Notes: generated by a model not told the origin, from the sequence alone. A stretch of 64,000 nt of DNA from a virus (IMGVR_UViG_3300020161_001040:6467-70466), one strand, 5' to 3'. Positions 8,087 to 18,273 are shown, numbered from the stretch's first letter. Translations and numbers: made by a program.

Positions 8087-8744
8087 CCAGCATGAGGCCG
8101 AACTAGCCCTAACCCGGCTAAACGAGATAGCCCGTCAACACGGCCTGTCCATGGCCGATATTGAATTTTCGGAATTTGGGGACGTCCGAGAAGAGCTATA
8201 CGTGGTCGAAGGCCAGAAAATGAAGCTCAAGTGGATTGAGCTACTGGCTCTCGGATGCGCCGAGATGTTCGACGGCATGCTGATAGTCAACGGCAGACTG
8301 CACGGAACCAGCTTCTCGTTTGTCGGCTTCGAAGAAGATATCGGAGCGATGAAGTATCTATTCGAATATCTGTATCGATCCTGGTATTCGATAGTAGAGG
8401 TAGATCTCGATAAGGCCAAGAGGGACTTTTATCGAACTTTTGAACCTCGCGATACCATGAATTTCAAGGCGGGCCATGGATTGGCTTATTCGATTGCCAT
8501 CCGTAAGCGGGCCAAAGAATTGGTAGACTCCCGTAAGATCGATATTTCTAAGTTCTCTTCTAACGGGAATGCCTTGGTTATCTATAAGGGAGCCCAGGTG
8601 GACGATTATCTGAAAGACCACAAGAGAGTTATCACCAAGGCCAGTGGGGGTTCCAAGATCGGACAACACTACGGGAATAAGGCAGGAGAGTCTATTCCAC
8701 TCGGTGGGGGAGTGGGAGGATCAGGCCAACTGATGATTGAATAA
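8022..8744 (+). CDS. DUF2786 domain protein
   Basis: KILDKLRKLKALA..NQHEAELA..HGLS; GTG start with GGAGAGG RBS. Confidence 0.8.
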   Translation: MGHEKILDKLRKLKALADRSNNQHEAELALTRLNEIARQHGLSMADIEFSEFGDVREELYVVEGQKMKLKWIELLALGCAEMFDGMLIVNGRLHGTSFSFVGFEEDIGAMKYLFEYLYRSWYSIVEVDLDKAKRDFYRTFEPRDTMNFKAGHGLAYSIAIRKRAKELVDSRKIDISKFSSNGNALVIYKGAQVDDYLKDHKRVITKASGGSKIGQHYGNKAGESIPLGGGVGGSGQLMIE

Positions 8745-8785
8745 AGTTGATCAATCTAGTATTCAATCATATTATATACCGGTGA

Positions 8786-8859
8786 TAATGTGGGGCGCAG
8801 ATTAGAGAGCGCCCCACAATGGTAATGTGGGGCGCAGATCAGAGAGCGCCCCACAATGG
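8786..8859. repeat. Tandem 37-nt palindromic repeat x2 (one mismatch)
   Basis: TAATGTGGGGCGCAGAT(T/C)AGAGAGCGCCCCACAATGG twice; each unit has a 10-bp stem. Confidence 0.95.
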
Positions 8860-9353
8860 TATTTGACCCCCAAATAATTAAACTTGTCGCTACCAGAATA
8901 GCGGATAAAAGAGCCGGTCGGGACCCTTACGGGGAGTCAGCTTTTACTCAGGCTCAAGCTACCCCTACTATGGGGGATATCGCACTCGCTGAGGTAGCTC
9001 TGAGAGCCGTGGCGGAGGTCCGTCCCATCATGGCTCCTGCACTATCTCAGATGGATAGTGTTGATCAGCTTAATGACTATTATGAGCTAGAAACGGTTTT
9101 CGAATTAGCTAATGAACGGAGGCGGCAGATTCAAGTCGAAGGTCATACCCCAGAGACGGATAAAAATTACGTCTCTGGTGAATTAGCGTTAGCAGCCGCC
9201 GCCTACGCTCTAGGTTCTGCGGATAGTCACCCTCCTTCTATCTGGCCTTGGGGCAGTTCGTCTTGGAAGCCTTCTAGCAGGATGAAGGATCTGCTAAAAG
9301 CTGGGGCCTTAATAATGGCCGAAATGTGTAGGATCAAAAGATCTCAACGTTAA
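8856..9353 (+). CDS. Phage hypothetical protein (ERRRQ..EG..GELA..WPW..WKP..AGALI domain)
   Basis: Widespread phage C-terminal domain motif. Confidence 0.75.
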   Translation: MVFDPQIIKLVATRIADKRAGRDPYGESAFTQAQATPTMGDIALAEVALRAVAEVRPIMAPALSQMDSVDQLNDYYELETVFELANERRRQIQVEGHTPETDKNYVSGELALAAAAYALGSADSHPPSIWPWGSSSWKPSSRMKDLLKAGALIMAEMCRIKRSQR

Positions 9354-9745
9354 TGGAATGGACTGGATTTATGAATCCTCCTCAATGGTTTCCATTGAGA
9401 GATGTGCATGCTGCCTTGTCACGCAACGTAAAAATAGTAGAGAAAGCTGACGTTCATGCGATCAAACTACTATCTTTTCTGGATATAGGCAGAAATTCTT
9501 GCGCTACGAATCGGATGATCAACACCGAAAAGGATGCTGAAGTACTCACCAGTGTTATACTATCTTACTGTTTTGTACGTAAATATCCACCCGGATTTAA
9601 GCTCAATCTTCGTTGTAGCAATCCTGTCTGTTGGAATCCGTATCACAGACAGTCGATGAGGAATGACAGCAAAGATTACGCTGCCTCACAACGATTTACG
9701 GATCTGAAAACCCATTTCACAGTTAACGGTATGTTGATCTTGTAA
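9353..9745 (+). CDS. Degenerate HNH/His-Me finger protein
   Basis: CSNPVCWNPYH zinc-loop motif. Confidence 0.5.
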   Translation: MEWTGFMNPPQWFPLRDVHAALSRNVKIVEKADVHAIKLLSFLDIGRNSCATNRMINTEKDAEVLTSVILSYCFVRKYPPGFKLNLRCSNPVCWNPYHRQSMRNDSKDYAASQRFTDLKTHFTVNGMLIL

Positions 9746-9804
9746 TCGCTAATTGTGTCCACCATATCGAGCGATATACTATAGGCTCACCACAGGAGCC
9801 GTCA

Positions 9805-10704
9805 ATGTCTGATAGTTTTGCTGCATGGCTTGCTTACAGCCTAGCAAAAGAAGATACCCCGCGAGAAATTAAATATGACCCGATCCAATTGAAGGTCGTG
9901 CCGCTGGCTATGTCTCCACTATTCAATAGGGACGCTTGCAGGTATCTCTTCAAGATCTACAAAGAAATCGGCTTAGTCACAGAGGACTATGATGGGACCT
10001 CCAAGGTGATTCCTTGGAAAGGTCCCACAAAAGTCCACGTGATGGGGTCAATCCACGGCTTTATCAGGGCTGTATATGCCAAGTTAAGCATAGTAGGTGT
10101 CCCGTACGGCTATTCAGCTTATAGTAGATCGGACGATCAGCTTGATATTAACCCAATGAACATGTTGATAAAGTCCGATAGCACGGCGAATGGGCTACGT
10201 TTCGAGTCACACTATTTCCCATTCGTGCCACAAAATAAATCATCTCCTATTGGTATGTTTGGTATATACAGCATACCTTCTGTGGTCAACACTATGATGC
10301 TCTATAAGGAGCGAGATTCAGTATTTCGTCTCCAACATCTTATAGATTTAACCACTTATCACATGACTCAGGGGGACAGGATAAGAAGTGCGACTGCCAT
10401 CAGAGCAACAGAATCTTTGGTATACGATAATCACGACGATATCAGAACTAGGGTAGTCGAGAACGCAGAAAGCACCACTTCTCTTTCCGAATCTGAATTA
10501 TTCACCAAATGTATAGAGCATGTAGATGATAACAGATTCGCATCGGTCATGACAAAACCAATCAGAGTAGATGGCAAGGTAATGAGGATGCATAGAATCA
10601 TGTGGAACGCAGTATTCGGAAATCCAGACTTCAGCGAAAAACGATCGATAAAGACATGTATGAACAGGAATTGTCTCAACCCCTTTCACTTCAAATGCGA
10701 GTGA
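9805..10704 (+). CDS. Protein with C-terminal HNH-like zinc-binding loop
   Basis: HRIMWNAVFG..TCMNRNCLNPFH. Confidence 0.55.
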   Translation: MSDSFAAWLAYSLAKEDTPREIKYDPIQLKVVPLAMSPLFNRDACRYLFKIYKEIGLVTEDYDGTSKVIPWKGPTKVHVMGSIHGFIRAVYAKLSIVGVPYGYSAYSRSDDQLDINPMNMLIKSDSTANGLRFESHYFPFVPQNKSSPIGMFGIYSIPSVVNTMMLYKERDSVFRLQHLIDLTTYHMTQGDRIRSATAIRATESLVYDNHDDIRTRVVENAESTTSLSESELFTKCIEHVDDNRFASVMTKPIRVDGKVMRMHRIMWNAVFGNPDFSEKRSIKTCMNRNCLNPFHFKCE

Positions 10705-10808
10705 TTGCGTAAACCGTAATTGATACGATAGGACATAGATGATAGGATGATCTCTCTATGACAAAATATAAATTAAATCTCGCAACCCGAGTTGGATAGA
10801 GAGGTAAC

Positions 10809-12962
10809 GTGTCGCGACCGTTCGGGGAGTGGGCGAAGGTCTTCTATGACCTCGGATTGGTACCTTTACCCCTTGGGGACCAAAGTAGAAAAGCTAAATC
10901 AGCTTTCTTTGAGGGCTGGCAGAGGCTAGCTAGATCGCCTTATGACGCCAGTTCTTTAAATCAATACGTCAATAAATACGGAGAGCGTAACATAGGGCTA
11001 GCGACCGGGACCCTAATAGGGGACGGTATGCAGCTGGTTGCCATTGACGTTGATCATCCCGATTTCTTAAAATACGTCGAAAGCGCTATGCCCTTTACGC
11101 TCTCGGGCAAGAAGGGTAAGAAGGGACTTACTTGGTTCGCGCTAGCCCCCAAGGATATGCAAAATAAGAAGCTCCAGTCTAAGGGGGCGATGATCGTAGA
11201 AGTTCTGGCTAACGGATGCCAGACAGTATTACCCCCTTCTATCCACCCCGACACTAACGAGCCCTATCATTGGATAGGTATTCCTCTATATGAAGCGGAT
11301 CTTCGTAGCCTCCCTGTTATTAATGACGGCTTCGTGCTGGAAATGCAGTCCATCATTAATGGGTCTGGCCAGTATTTTATAGGCGGCAAGCTCGACAACG
11401 GCGAAGAACTGTCTGGCATCAATGAGATGCAATGGATGGGGGTCGGCGGGGGAGGTAGTACTTACGACAGCCGACTCCGGTGTATCGCCCACATGGTCGG
11501 CACCGGATGGAATGACGATGATATTATCGCACGCATTCGTAGGGCGCAGCAGGAAGCAGTAGAGAGAGCGGGTGAGGAATTTAATTGGCCCGACTGCGAA
11601 CGGGAAACGCAGCAACAGATCAATGATGCTAGGAAGAAGGGGTTTGACAACCCGGCTAAAGGCGGTAGGTCGAAAATCCCCACCGAAAGAATGTGGGCTG
11701 AATGGTTGAAGACCCAGTACGACAACCCGGTTTGCTACGCCGATAAGGTTTATATCTATCGCGAAGAAGCTGAGGAAGAACCGGGTGGATATTTTGGTGA
11801 GATCCCAATTAAGAGCCTCGATGCCAAGATAGCTAACACTTTTGAGGTAGCCACTAAACCAAAAATAAGGACTGCGGTGGACACCTTTTGCTCGTTAGTG
11901 TATCGAGAGAAATTTGGTAAAAATGGGGAAGATTATGTGTGCCTAGCTAACGGCACCCTGCGAGTGTCCACTATGTGTCTGGTGGACCCTTCTCCTGAGC
12001 ATGAACTCATTTATAGGCTTAACGTCAATTGGAATCCTACGGCGACCTGTCCTCAATACGATGCTTTCCTAGAGTGGGCATTCGGAGGGGACGCCAAGAG
12101 TATCCAATGCTGGAACGAATTTTGCGGACTATCGCTGGTGGACAACATGTCTTACCAGAAAGCTATGTTTTTGCTGGGAGAAGGCGCTAATGGCAAGTCT
12201 ACTCTGGCTAACCTATTGGTCCAAATCCATCACAGATCAGTCATCGCGAATGTGCCCATCACCGAATTGGATGATGAACGTAAAGTTACGTCCTTGGTTG
12301 GTAAGCTTCTGAACATATCCACTGAGCAGAGCCGAATCACCTCGATCACCGACAACATCTTTAAGTTGATTGTTGGTGGAGATCCGATTGTGGTGCGGAG
12401 GCTGTATTCGGAGGCTGAAAATAATATTCAACTTAAGGTACGATTCCTATCTCTCGCGAATGAATTGCCGCCTCTCTCCGATAACTCGGAAGCCATGCGA
12501 CGTCGCCTATTGATTCTTAAATGCCCCAACACGATTCCTGAGGGTAAGAGAGACGCCAGCCTCCTGAGTAAGCTTCTGGCCGAGAAGTCCGGTATCCTGC
12601 GTAAATGGGTAGAATCGCTCAGAGCGCTGAACAGCCGTGGCTTCTTCGAAATTCCGCAGATCTCTGACGAAATCGTCAACGAATACACCTCGTCCAGTGA
12701 TCCTGTTTTCCTATGGTCGAGATCCAGATTGATCAAGGACGATGAACCTAAGCACGATATTAGTCAAGTCTACCTCGATTTCTCGGAATGGGGGAAGATG
12801 TCCGGGTATCGCTATGTACCTAATAAGTTTAATTGGTCTAATAAGATGAAGAGCTTGGGCTTCAAGATCAAAGAAATCACGCTGCCAGACGGCGGAGTGG
12901 TCGTGGCCATTAACGCCAAACTTCGCACTCCCTCTCCTTCGATTATCTCATCTGAGTTCTAA
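10809..12962 (+). CDS. Bifunctional primase-polymerase (Prim-Pol) fused to D5-like SF3 helicase
   Basis: NIGLATG..AIDVD, VLPPSIHP (Prim-Pol); GEGANGKS Walker A, GKLLNI, ANELP, RRRLLI (P4/D5 ATPase). Confidence 0.9.
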   Translation: MSRPFGEWAKVFYDLGLVPLPLGDQSRKAKSAFFEGWQRLARSPYDASSLNQYVNKYGERNIGLATGTLIGDGMQLVAIDVDHPDFLKYVESAMPFTLSGKKGKKGLTWFALAPKDMQNKKLQSKGAMIVEVLANGCQTVLPPSIHPDTNEPYHWIGIPLYEADLRSLPVINDGFVLEMQSIINGSGQYFIGGKLDNGEELSGINEMQWMGVGGGGSTYDSRLRCIAHMVGTGWNDDDIIARIRRAQQEAVERAGEEFNWPDCERETQQQINDARKKGFDNPAKGGRSKIPTERMWAEWLKTQYDNPVCYADKVYIYREEAEEEPGGYFGEIPIKSLDAKIANTFEVATKPKIRTAVDTFCSLVYREKFGKNGEDYVCLANGTLRVSTMCLVDPSPEHELIYRLNVNWNPTATCPQYDAFLEWAFGGDAKSIQCWNEFCGLSLVDNMSYQKAMFLLGEGANGKSTLANLLVQIHHRSVIANVPITELDDERKVTSLVGKLLNISTEQSRITSITDNIFKLIVGGDPIVVRRLYSEAENNIQLKVRFLSLANELPPLSDNSEAMRRRLLILKCPNTIPEGKRDASLLSKLLAEKSGILRKWVESLRALNSRGFFEIPQISDEIVNEYTSSSDPVFLWSRSRLIKDDEPKHDISQVYLDFSEWGKMSGYRYVPNKFNWSNKMKSLGFKIKEITLPDGGVVVAINAKLRTPSPSIISSEF

Positions 12963-13030
12963 ATGATGGATTGATTCATTATGGATGACATGATAACGTT
13001 CGCCCATGATTACAAGCACGCGGAAAAAAA

Positions 13031-13867
13031 ATGGTAAATCCCGAAGAAAATAATCGGGACGACCATGAGGAACAACCTCTAGAAGAATCGGATGACTCAG
13101 CCTCGTCGGTTGATAATCTAAGTCTCGCTACAGACCTGACTCCTACTGCCGCAGAGGTTCTGTTATCGAGAGTCCCTAGTCACATATCATCTGATAAAAT
13201 TAGGACTACCACCAAAATAGAAATCACCGTGCGTGAATTATACGCCATGGTGCATTTACTGAAAATATCAGATGCCCGAATAGCGGCTAAATACGGATTA
13301 TCAACCAAGACCATCAGAAATTTCCGTCGAAAGTGCGGATTCGATTCTAACTTCAAAGCCGGATCGATGGACCTTCCCCTCAGGGAGGTCACCCATCTCA
13401 TCAAAACTGAAAAAATGTCGTATGCTGATGTAGCCAGAGAATTTAATACCACTAAAACTGCCGTCAAATTATTCTGTATAAGAAACAACATACAGCAGAC
13501 AGACATTCATTGGCCAATATCTAGACAAGACCTTATAAACTATACCTTATTAGAATTGACTATCGATGAAATAGCTGACAAATACGACGTAACATCTGAA
13601 TCGGTTGGCGAACTTTACCTCAAATATAACGTGATTTCATTCACTGAGAGCAAGACTCATGAGAGTCTTGGAAACTCCCCCAGGGTGGATCTTGATTCTA
13701 ACCCATTTGAAGGCATGGAAGTTGCGGAAATCGCCCATTGCGTATTTGGCGGCACATTTAGAGAACACCCCGCAATGGGGTTTTTATTGAACAATCGTCC
13801 AATCACAGCTGTTGAGTTGTCTATGCTCGTAAAACGCCTACTACCTCCGTATAGGGTCGCGTGGTAG
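13031..13867 (+). CDS. Multi-HTH DNA-binding protein
   Basis: Three HTH-like units: IAAKYGLSTKTI, VAREFNTTKTAV, IADKYDVTSESV. Confidence 0.6.
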   Translation: MVNPEENNRDDHEEQPLEESDDSASSVDNLSLATDLTPTAAEVLLSRVPSHISSDKIRTTTKIEITVRELYAMVHLLKISDARIAAKYGLSTKTIRNFRRKCGFDSNFKAGSMDLPLREVTHLIKTEKMSYADVAREFNTTKTAVKLFCIRNNIQQTDIHWPISRQDLINYTLLELTIDEIADKYDVTSESVGELYLKYNVISFTESKTHESLGNSPRVDLDSNPFEGMEVAEIAHCVFGGTFREHPAMGFLLNNRPITAVELSMLVKRLLPPYRVAW

Positions 13868-13919
13868 GGTGTACCTGCCCATCACGGGCGCGTGAACATA
13901 AACATGAGGACTGATTGAG

Positions 13920-14321
13920 ATGAACGCCGAATCAGCAATTAGATTGTTTGGTCATATTCGCCTTATTTTCGATGGATACGCCACCGGAGGATTTCATCTG
14001 GTAGGTATCAAGGGCAACTACGAAATTCACGTGACATATACTCCAGAAGACATTCAATCCGCCGTATTGGATTCGAACATCACCATTAGCAAACTGAGCT
14101 TGAGCGCACAAGCGTCCATTTGGGTCAATGTTAAGATGGCGGGCATCACGGTATTTGATGACGAAGTTGGTTATAAACATCATCTGTCGACTCAGAATTT
14201 CAATCGCAGCCAAGGTCCCGATCACATGGTGGTCGAGTTTCCAAATCGCAACAGCTCTCCCAGATTGATCTCCGGGTCTTCCGTGATCGATTTTCCTCTA
14301 AAGAGAGTGATCAACGCATAA
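13920..14321 (+). CDS. Hypothetical protein
   Basis: 133-aa ORF colinear with operon. Confidence 0.6.
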   Translation: MNAESAIRLFGHIRLIFDGYATGGFHLVGIKGNYEIHVTYTPEDIQSAVLDSNITISKLSLSAQASIWVNVKMAGITVFDDEVGYKHHLSTQNFNRSQGPDHMVVEFPNRNSSPRLISGSSVIDFPLKRVINA

Positions 14322-14340
14322 TTAATGACTCCTCTCTGGC

Positions 14341-14351
14341 CGTGCTAAGGT
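14341..14351 (+). promoter_or_regulatory. Putative extended -10 promoter (CGTGCTAAGGT)
   Basis: Upstream of RNR RBS. Confidence 0.45.
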
Positions 14352-14381
14352 ACACGGCTAAGTTAATGGGGAGATCATTTA

Positions 14382-16640
14382 ATGTCTAATTCTGAGTACC
14401 GGATCTTTAATGTTCCGGAGGGAATGCCCTTGTCTGTCTTCAACGACAGATACTCTCGCCCGTCTGGTTTTGGCGAGTTGCAATCATATGAAGAGAGAAT
14501 CAGAGAGGTAGTTCACGGCAACTTCTCTCTGATTTGCGATCCGGCTGATCCGGTTCAACACGATCAAGACCTCCGCGATACCCTCCGGCTATCCGTGGCG
14601 GGTGTCATGCCGTATTCTGGACGTCACTTGCAACACGGTGACATGAGCCAGCCGAGCCGCTCGATGGAGGTCTTCACCAATTGTTCCACCGCCATGTTCT
14701 CGTTCATGAGCCTTTTGCTCCTTCTGAACGGATCGGGCGTCGGACGGGATTACTCATCTGACTCTTGCCGGGTTGACTGGGATTACATGCCGAATATCAG
14801 AATCGTCCTGGACGGTGGCCCAGATGATTCCGGCGATGTTGCCAAGGGCTCTCACCCCAATTTTGGTTCGGCCTTCACGGAATTCCAAGGGTCCTTCGAC
14901 AGTCTTCGCGAAGCCCGCCATAAGTACGACTCCAATTCAGAAGACGTTAAATGGTTCAAGGTCCGTGACTCCAGAGAAGGATGGGCCGAAATCATCTGTG
15001 TCCTAGAGACTGCGGCTTATCACCGCAATCATAAGGACTCGCTGTTCATTTTCGACTTCTCTGACGTTCGTAGCGCCGGATCCCCTATCAAGGGGATGCA
15101 GAATCGCCCGGCGCAGGGGCCGATTCCTTTGATGCGGGCGCTGCTCAAGGTAGCTACCATTAAGGGCGCTGGTATGAAGCCCTGGAAGCAAGCTCTGTTT
15201 ATCGATCATTACCTCGCTGCTTGCGTGGTTATGGGCAATGTTCGTAGAGCGGCTCGTATGTCCACCAAGTATTGGAAGGATCGCGATGTTATCGAGTTCA
15301 TCGACATTAAGCGCGGTGGACATCTTTGGTCGTCCAACAATTCGATCCTGACTGATACCGAGTTCTGGGAACAAGCTCGTAACCCGGCCCCTTCTCATGC
15401 CCGCCGAGTATTCGAAGCTGCCCTAGCCGCCGCGTATTTCGATCAGACGGGTGAGCCTGGGTTCATCAACGCGGACCAGCTTACGTCCAACGATAAGGGC
15501 ACTGACAAGATCACCGCTGACATTTATTTGAATAAGGACGTGATCGGTTTTGATCTTCATCCGAGAACGATGGAGATGATTGATCGCATGCTCAGAGACA
15601 TGCGGAAGTCTCCCAATCACTACATCACTAATCCCTGTGGTGAGATTGCGTTGGCCAAGTGGGGTGGTTATTGTGTCATCGGGGACATCGCTCTGTCTCA
15701 CTGTGAACATCTGGACGAGGCAATTGATGCCGCTCGTCTGATGGCTCCGTTCCTCATCAGAGTCAACACGATGAAGGCTCTGTACGCGAAGGAAGTGGAG
15801 CGTACTAATAGAATCGGTGTGGGTATTACTGGTATCCACGAGTTCGCCTTCAAGTTCTTCAACTGCACCTTCCACGATGTAATCTCGGCGTATGACTATG
15901 TGGTGTTCAATAAGGGACCTCGCCCCGAGCATAAGGTAATGGATTTCTGGTCGTTCATTGATGAGATGAGACAGACCGTAGAAGAATCCGCTATCTCCTA
16001 TTCGACTCAGCTTGGTATGAATATTCCTCACACCTTCACCACGATCAAGCCATCTGGCACGATTAGCAAGGTGATGGCGTGCACAGAAGGTGCCCATCTT
16101 CCGGCAGTTAAGTATTACACTCGTAACGTGATCTTCCCCAAGGGCTCGGATAAGGTAGCTGAGTTCGAGAAGCAGGGATATCCCATCAAGGATGTATCTC
16201 ACCAGTATCACGGTTGCGTGGTGGTGGGCTTCCCGACCAAGCAACCGATTGTTGATCTGATTCCGGAAGATCAGATCGCCACTGCCGAGGAAGTAGGTCC
16301 GGAGGCTCACTTCAAGTGGGTGCAATTGATCGAGACTTTCTGGATGGGCGGTCCTGGCAAGAATAACCAAGTCAGCTACACCCTCAAGTATGATCCGAAG
16401 ATCGTTAGCTTCAATTCGTTCATGCAGATGGTGCTAGAGTATCAGCCTCGTGTTCGGTGCTGCTCGGTGATGCCGGTTACTGATATTAGTGCATATGCTT
16501 ACGTACCGGAAGATCCGATTGATGCTAATACTTATGACGCGATGATGGCAAAGATAGTGCGCGCGAAGGAAGAGGCGTATGATGACGCTTCGCTAGAGTG
16601 CGCGGGCGGCGCTTGCCCCATCGAACTGAAGATCCGATAG
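14382..16640 (+). CDS. nrdJ: Class II (adenosylcobalamin-dependent) ribonucleotide reductase
   Basis: TNPCGEI, IGVGITG, TTIKPSGT, C-terminal CAGGACP. Confidence 0.9.
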   Translation: MSNSEYRIFNVPEGMPLSVFNDRYSRPSGFGELQSYEERIREVVHGNFSLICDPADPVQHDQDLRDTLRLSVAGVMPYSGRHLQHGDMSQPSRSMEVFTNCSTAMFSFMSLLLLLNGSGVGRDYSSDSCRVDWDYMPNIRIVLDGGPDDSGDVAKGSHPNFGSAFTEFQGSFDSLREARHKYDSNSEDVKWFKVRDSREGWAEIICVLETAAYHRNHKDSLFIFDFSDVRSAGSPIKGMQNRPAQGPIPLMRALLKVATIKGAGMKPWKQALFIDHYLAACVVMGNVRRAARMSTKYWKDRDVIEFIDIKRGGHLWSSNNSILTDTEFWEQARNPAPSHARRVFEAALAAAYFDQTGEPGFINADQLTSNDKGTDKITADIYLNKDVIGFDLHPRTMEMIDRMLRDMRKSPNHYITNPCGEIALAKWGGYCVIGDIALSHCEHLDEAIDAARLMAPFLIRVNTMKALYAKEVERTNRIGVGITGIHEFAFKFFNCTFHDVISAYDYVVFNKGPRPEHKVMDFWSFIDEMRQTVEESAISYSTQLGMNIPHTFTTIKPSGTISKVMACTEGAHLPAVKYYTRNVIFPKGSDKVAEFEKQGYPIKDVSHQYHGCVVVGFPTKQPIVDLIPEDQIATAEEVGPEAHFKWVQLIETFWMGGPGKNNQVSYTLKYDPKIVSFNSFMQMVLEYQPRVRCCSVMPVTDISAYAYVPEDPIDANTYDAMMAKIVRAKEEAYDDASLECAGGACPIELKIR

Positions 16641-16648
16641 GAGACGAT

Positions 16649-16834
16649 ATGGCTAAGAACACAACCGTTAGGGGCGGCGGCAAGGCATCCGCCCCTGCGA
16701 TTAAACAGAACGAGAGGGTCGAGATCAGGGCCATCTCTAATGGTTTCATCGTCGCCAAGAGCGGTGTTGATTCCAAGGGTAATTATAAGTCCACTGAGAT
16801 GTTTAGCAAGACCAATCCAATCAAGGTCCGCTGA
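16649..16834 (+). CDS. Small basic hypothetical protein
   Basis: AGGAG RBS before ATG 16649. Confidence 0.65.
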   Translation: MAKNTTVRGGGKASAPAIKQNERVEIRAISNGFIVAKSGVDSKGNYKSTEMFSKTNPIKVR

Positions 16835-16846
16835 TCTGATCTAACG

Positions 16847-16875
16847 CGCCCCGGAGAGCAATACTCTCCGGGGCG
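16847..16875 (+). terminator. Terminator-like hairpin
   Basis: CGCCCCGGAGAG-caata-CTCTCCGGGGCG 12-bp stem. Confidence 0.65.
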
Positions 16876-16939
16876 AACTGTATGTGGTGTCTGACGCCGT
16901 GTCATGCTATACTGCGCTATGCTTTGAGAGGCACGATAC

Positions 16940-17182
16940 ATGGCGAAGTTTGGCAAAGACACTATCGAATCTTGGCGCAGCAGGATTCAAGATTGGCTAT
17001 TAGCCAACTCCAATCTTGATACATCCAAGATTCTGACGGGACGCGATGCTTGGACCGTTGCCCACATGTCCGGAATTGTAAGAGAGGCCCACGAAGATCG
17101 TTCGGTGGTAGACGCTCATATTCAGACGGTTCTTGAACAAATCTTCCCGAACGCCGTGTTCAAAAGTAAGAAGGTTTATTAG
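16940..17182 (+). CDS. Hypothetical protein
   Basis: GAGG RBS; preceded by TGCTATACT extended -10. Confidence 0.7.
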   Translation: MAKFGKDTIESWRSRIQDWLLANSNLDTSKILTGRDAWTVAHMSGIVREAHEDRSVVDAHIQTVLEQIFPNAVFKSKKVY

Positions 17183-17189
17183 TAGCGCC

Positions 17190-18227
17190 GTGGAACGCAG
17201 GATAATCCACATCGATCTCGATGCTTTCTACGCTAGTGTTGAGCAACGAGATAATCCTAGCTTGCGCGGTAAGCCCGTGGCGGTGGGCGAGCTAAAGCCC
17301 CGTCACGTGGTCGCTACCGCCAGCTACGAGGCGCGGACCTATGGTGTGCGGTCAGCGATGCCGTGCTGGCTGGCCCGGCAGGTATGCCCGACCCTGATAT
17401 TTATCAAGCCTCGCTCTGATAAATATTCCGAGGCATCAGACCAAGTTCACGAAATATTCAACGAGCATTGTTCGTTAGTCGAGCCTATATCGCTGGACGA
17501 GGCTTATTTGGACGTCACCGATAGTTGCAAGACTTTCGAGAATGCCGGGTCACTCGCTGAGGAGATTAGAAAGAACATCAAGGAACGTTGCGGGATCACT
17601 GCATCGGCAGGTATTTCGTACAACAAATTCCTGGCCAAGATGGCTTCCGGTGAGAGAAAGCCGGACGGACAATTCGTTATCCTTCCCGAGGACGGGTCGA
17701 GATACGTTCGTTATCTAAACATAGAGAAGTTTCACGGGATCGGTCCGGCCACTGCCGCAAAAATGCGTCGAATGGGCGTGTTTATCGGCAAGGACCTTTA
17801 CGAAATGAATATGGCCGAATTGGAGCGGAAATTTGGTAAGCATGCCGAATACTACTACAACATCTCAAGAGGGATAGACGATAGGCCAGTTGACCCGGTG
17901 CACGTGCGACGTTCTTCGGGAGTGCAGCATACATTCTCCAAAGACCTAATCGCCCTGACCCAAGTAGAAAGAGGGCTGGCTAAACTATCGGAAGAGCTAT
18001 GGCAGTGGTGTCAAGAACATCAGTGGTTCGGGCGAACCGTCACCATCAAGGTTAGATATTCGGACTTTACTACGATAACTAGGCAGCGAAGCTTCATCAA
18101 CCCGATTCGTAGCACGGACGAATTATACGCGGCGTCACTGGATTTAGCGAAAACCGTTTTCCCACTGGCGCAGCCTATCAGGTTGCTCGGCATAACTGTG
18201 TCCAGCCCCCAGGAAACGAACGTCTGA
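17190..18227 (+). CDS. dinB: Y-family DNA polymerase IV
   Basis: IIHIDLDAFYASVEQRD, SYEARTYGVRSAM, SLDEAYLD, SYNKFLAKMAS, little-finger domain; GTG start inferred. Confidence 0.95.
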   Translation: MERRIIHIDLDAFYASVEQRDNPSLRGKPVAVGELKPRHVVATASYEARTYGVRSAMPCWLARQVCPTLIFIKPRSDKYSEASDQVHEIFNEHCSLVEPISLDEAYLDVTDSCKTFENAGSLAEEIRKNIKERCGITASAGISYNKFLAKMASGERKPDGQFVILPEDGSRYVRYLNIEKFHGIGPATAAKMRRMGVFIGKDLYEMNMAELERKFGKHAEYYYNISRGIDDRPVDPVHVRRSSGVQHTFSKDLIALTQVERGLAKLSEELWQWCQEHQWFGRTVTIKVRYSDFTTITRQRSFINPIRSTDELYAASLDLAKTVFPLAQPIRLLGITVSSPQETNV

Positions 18228-18273
18228 TAGGCATCGACATATCTCTGTGGTAAAGTAAGTCAGTCTTACCTCC

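Noticed and set aside
8786-8859. CRISPR array
   Set aside because: Two repeats abut with no spacer, and no cas genes are present; kept only as a tandem hairpin repeat
15423-16370. 315-aa minus-strand ORF
   Set aside because: Antisense shadow of nrdJ; no motifs or RBS
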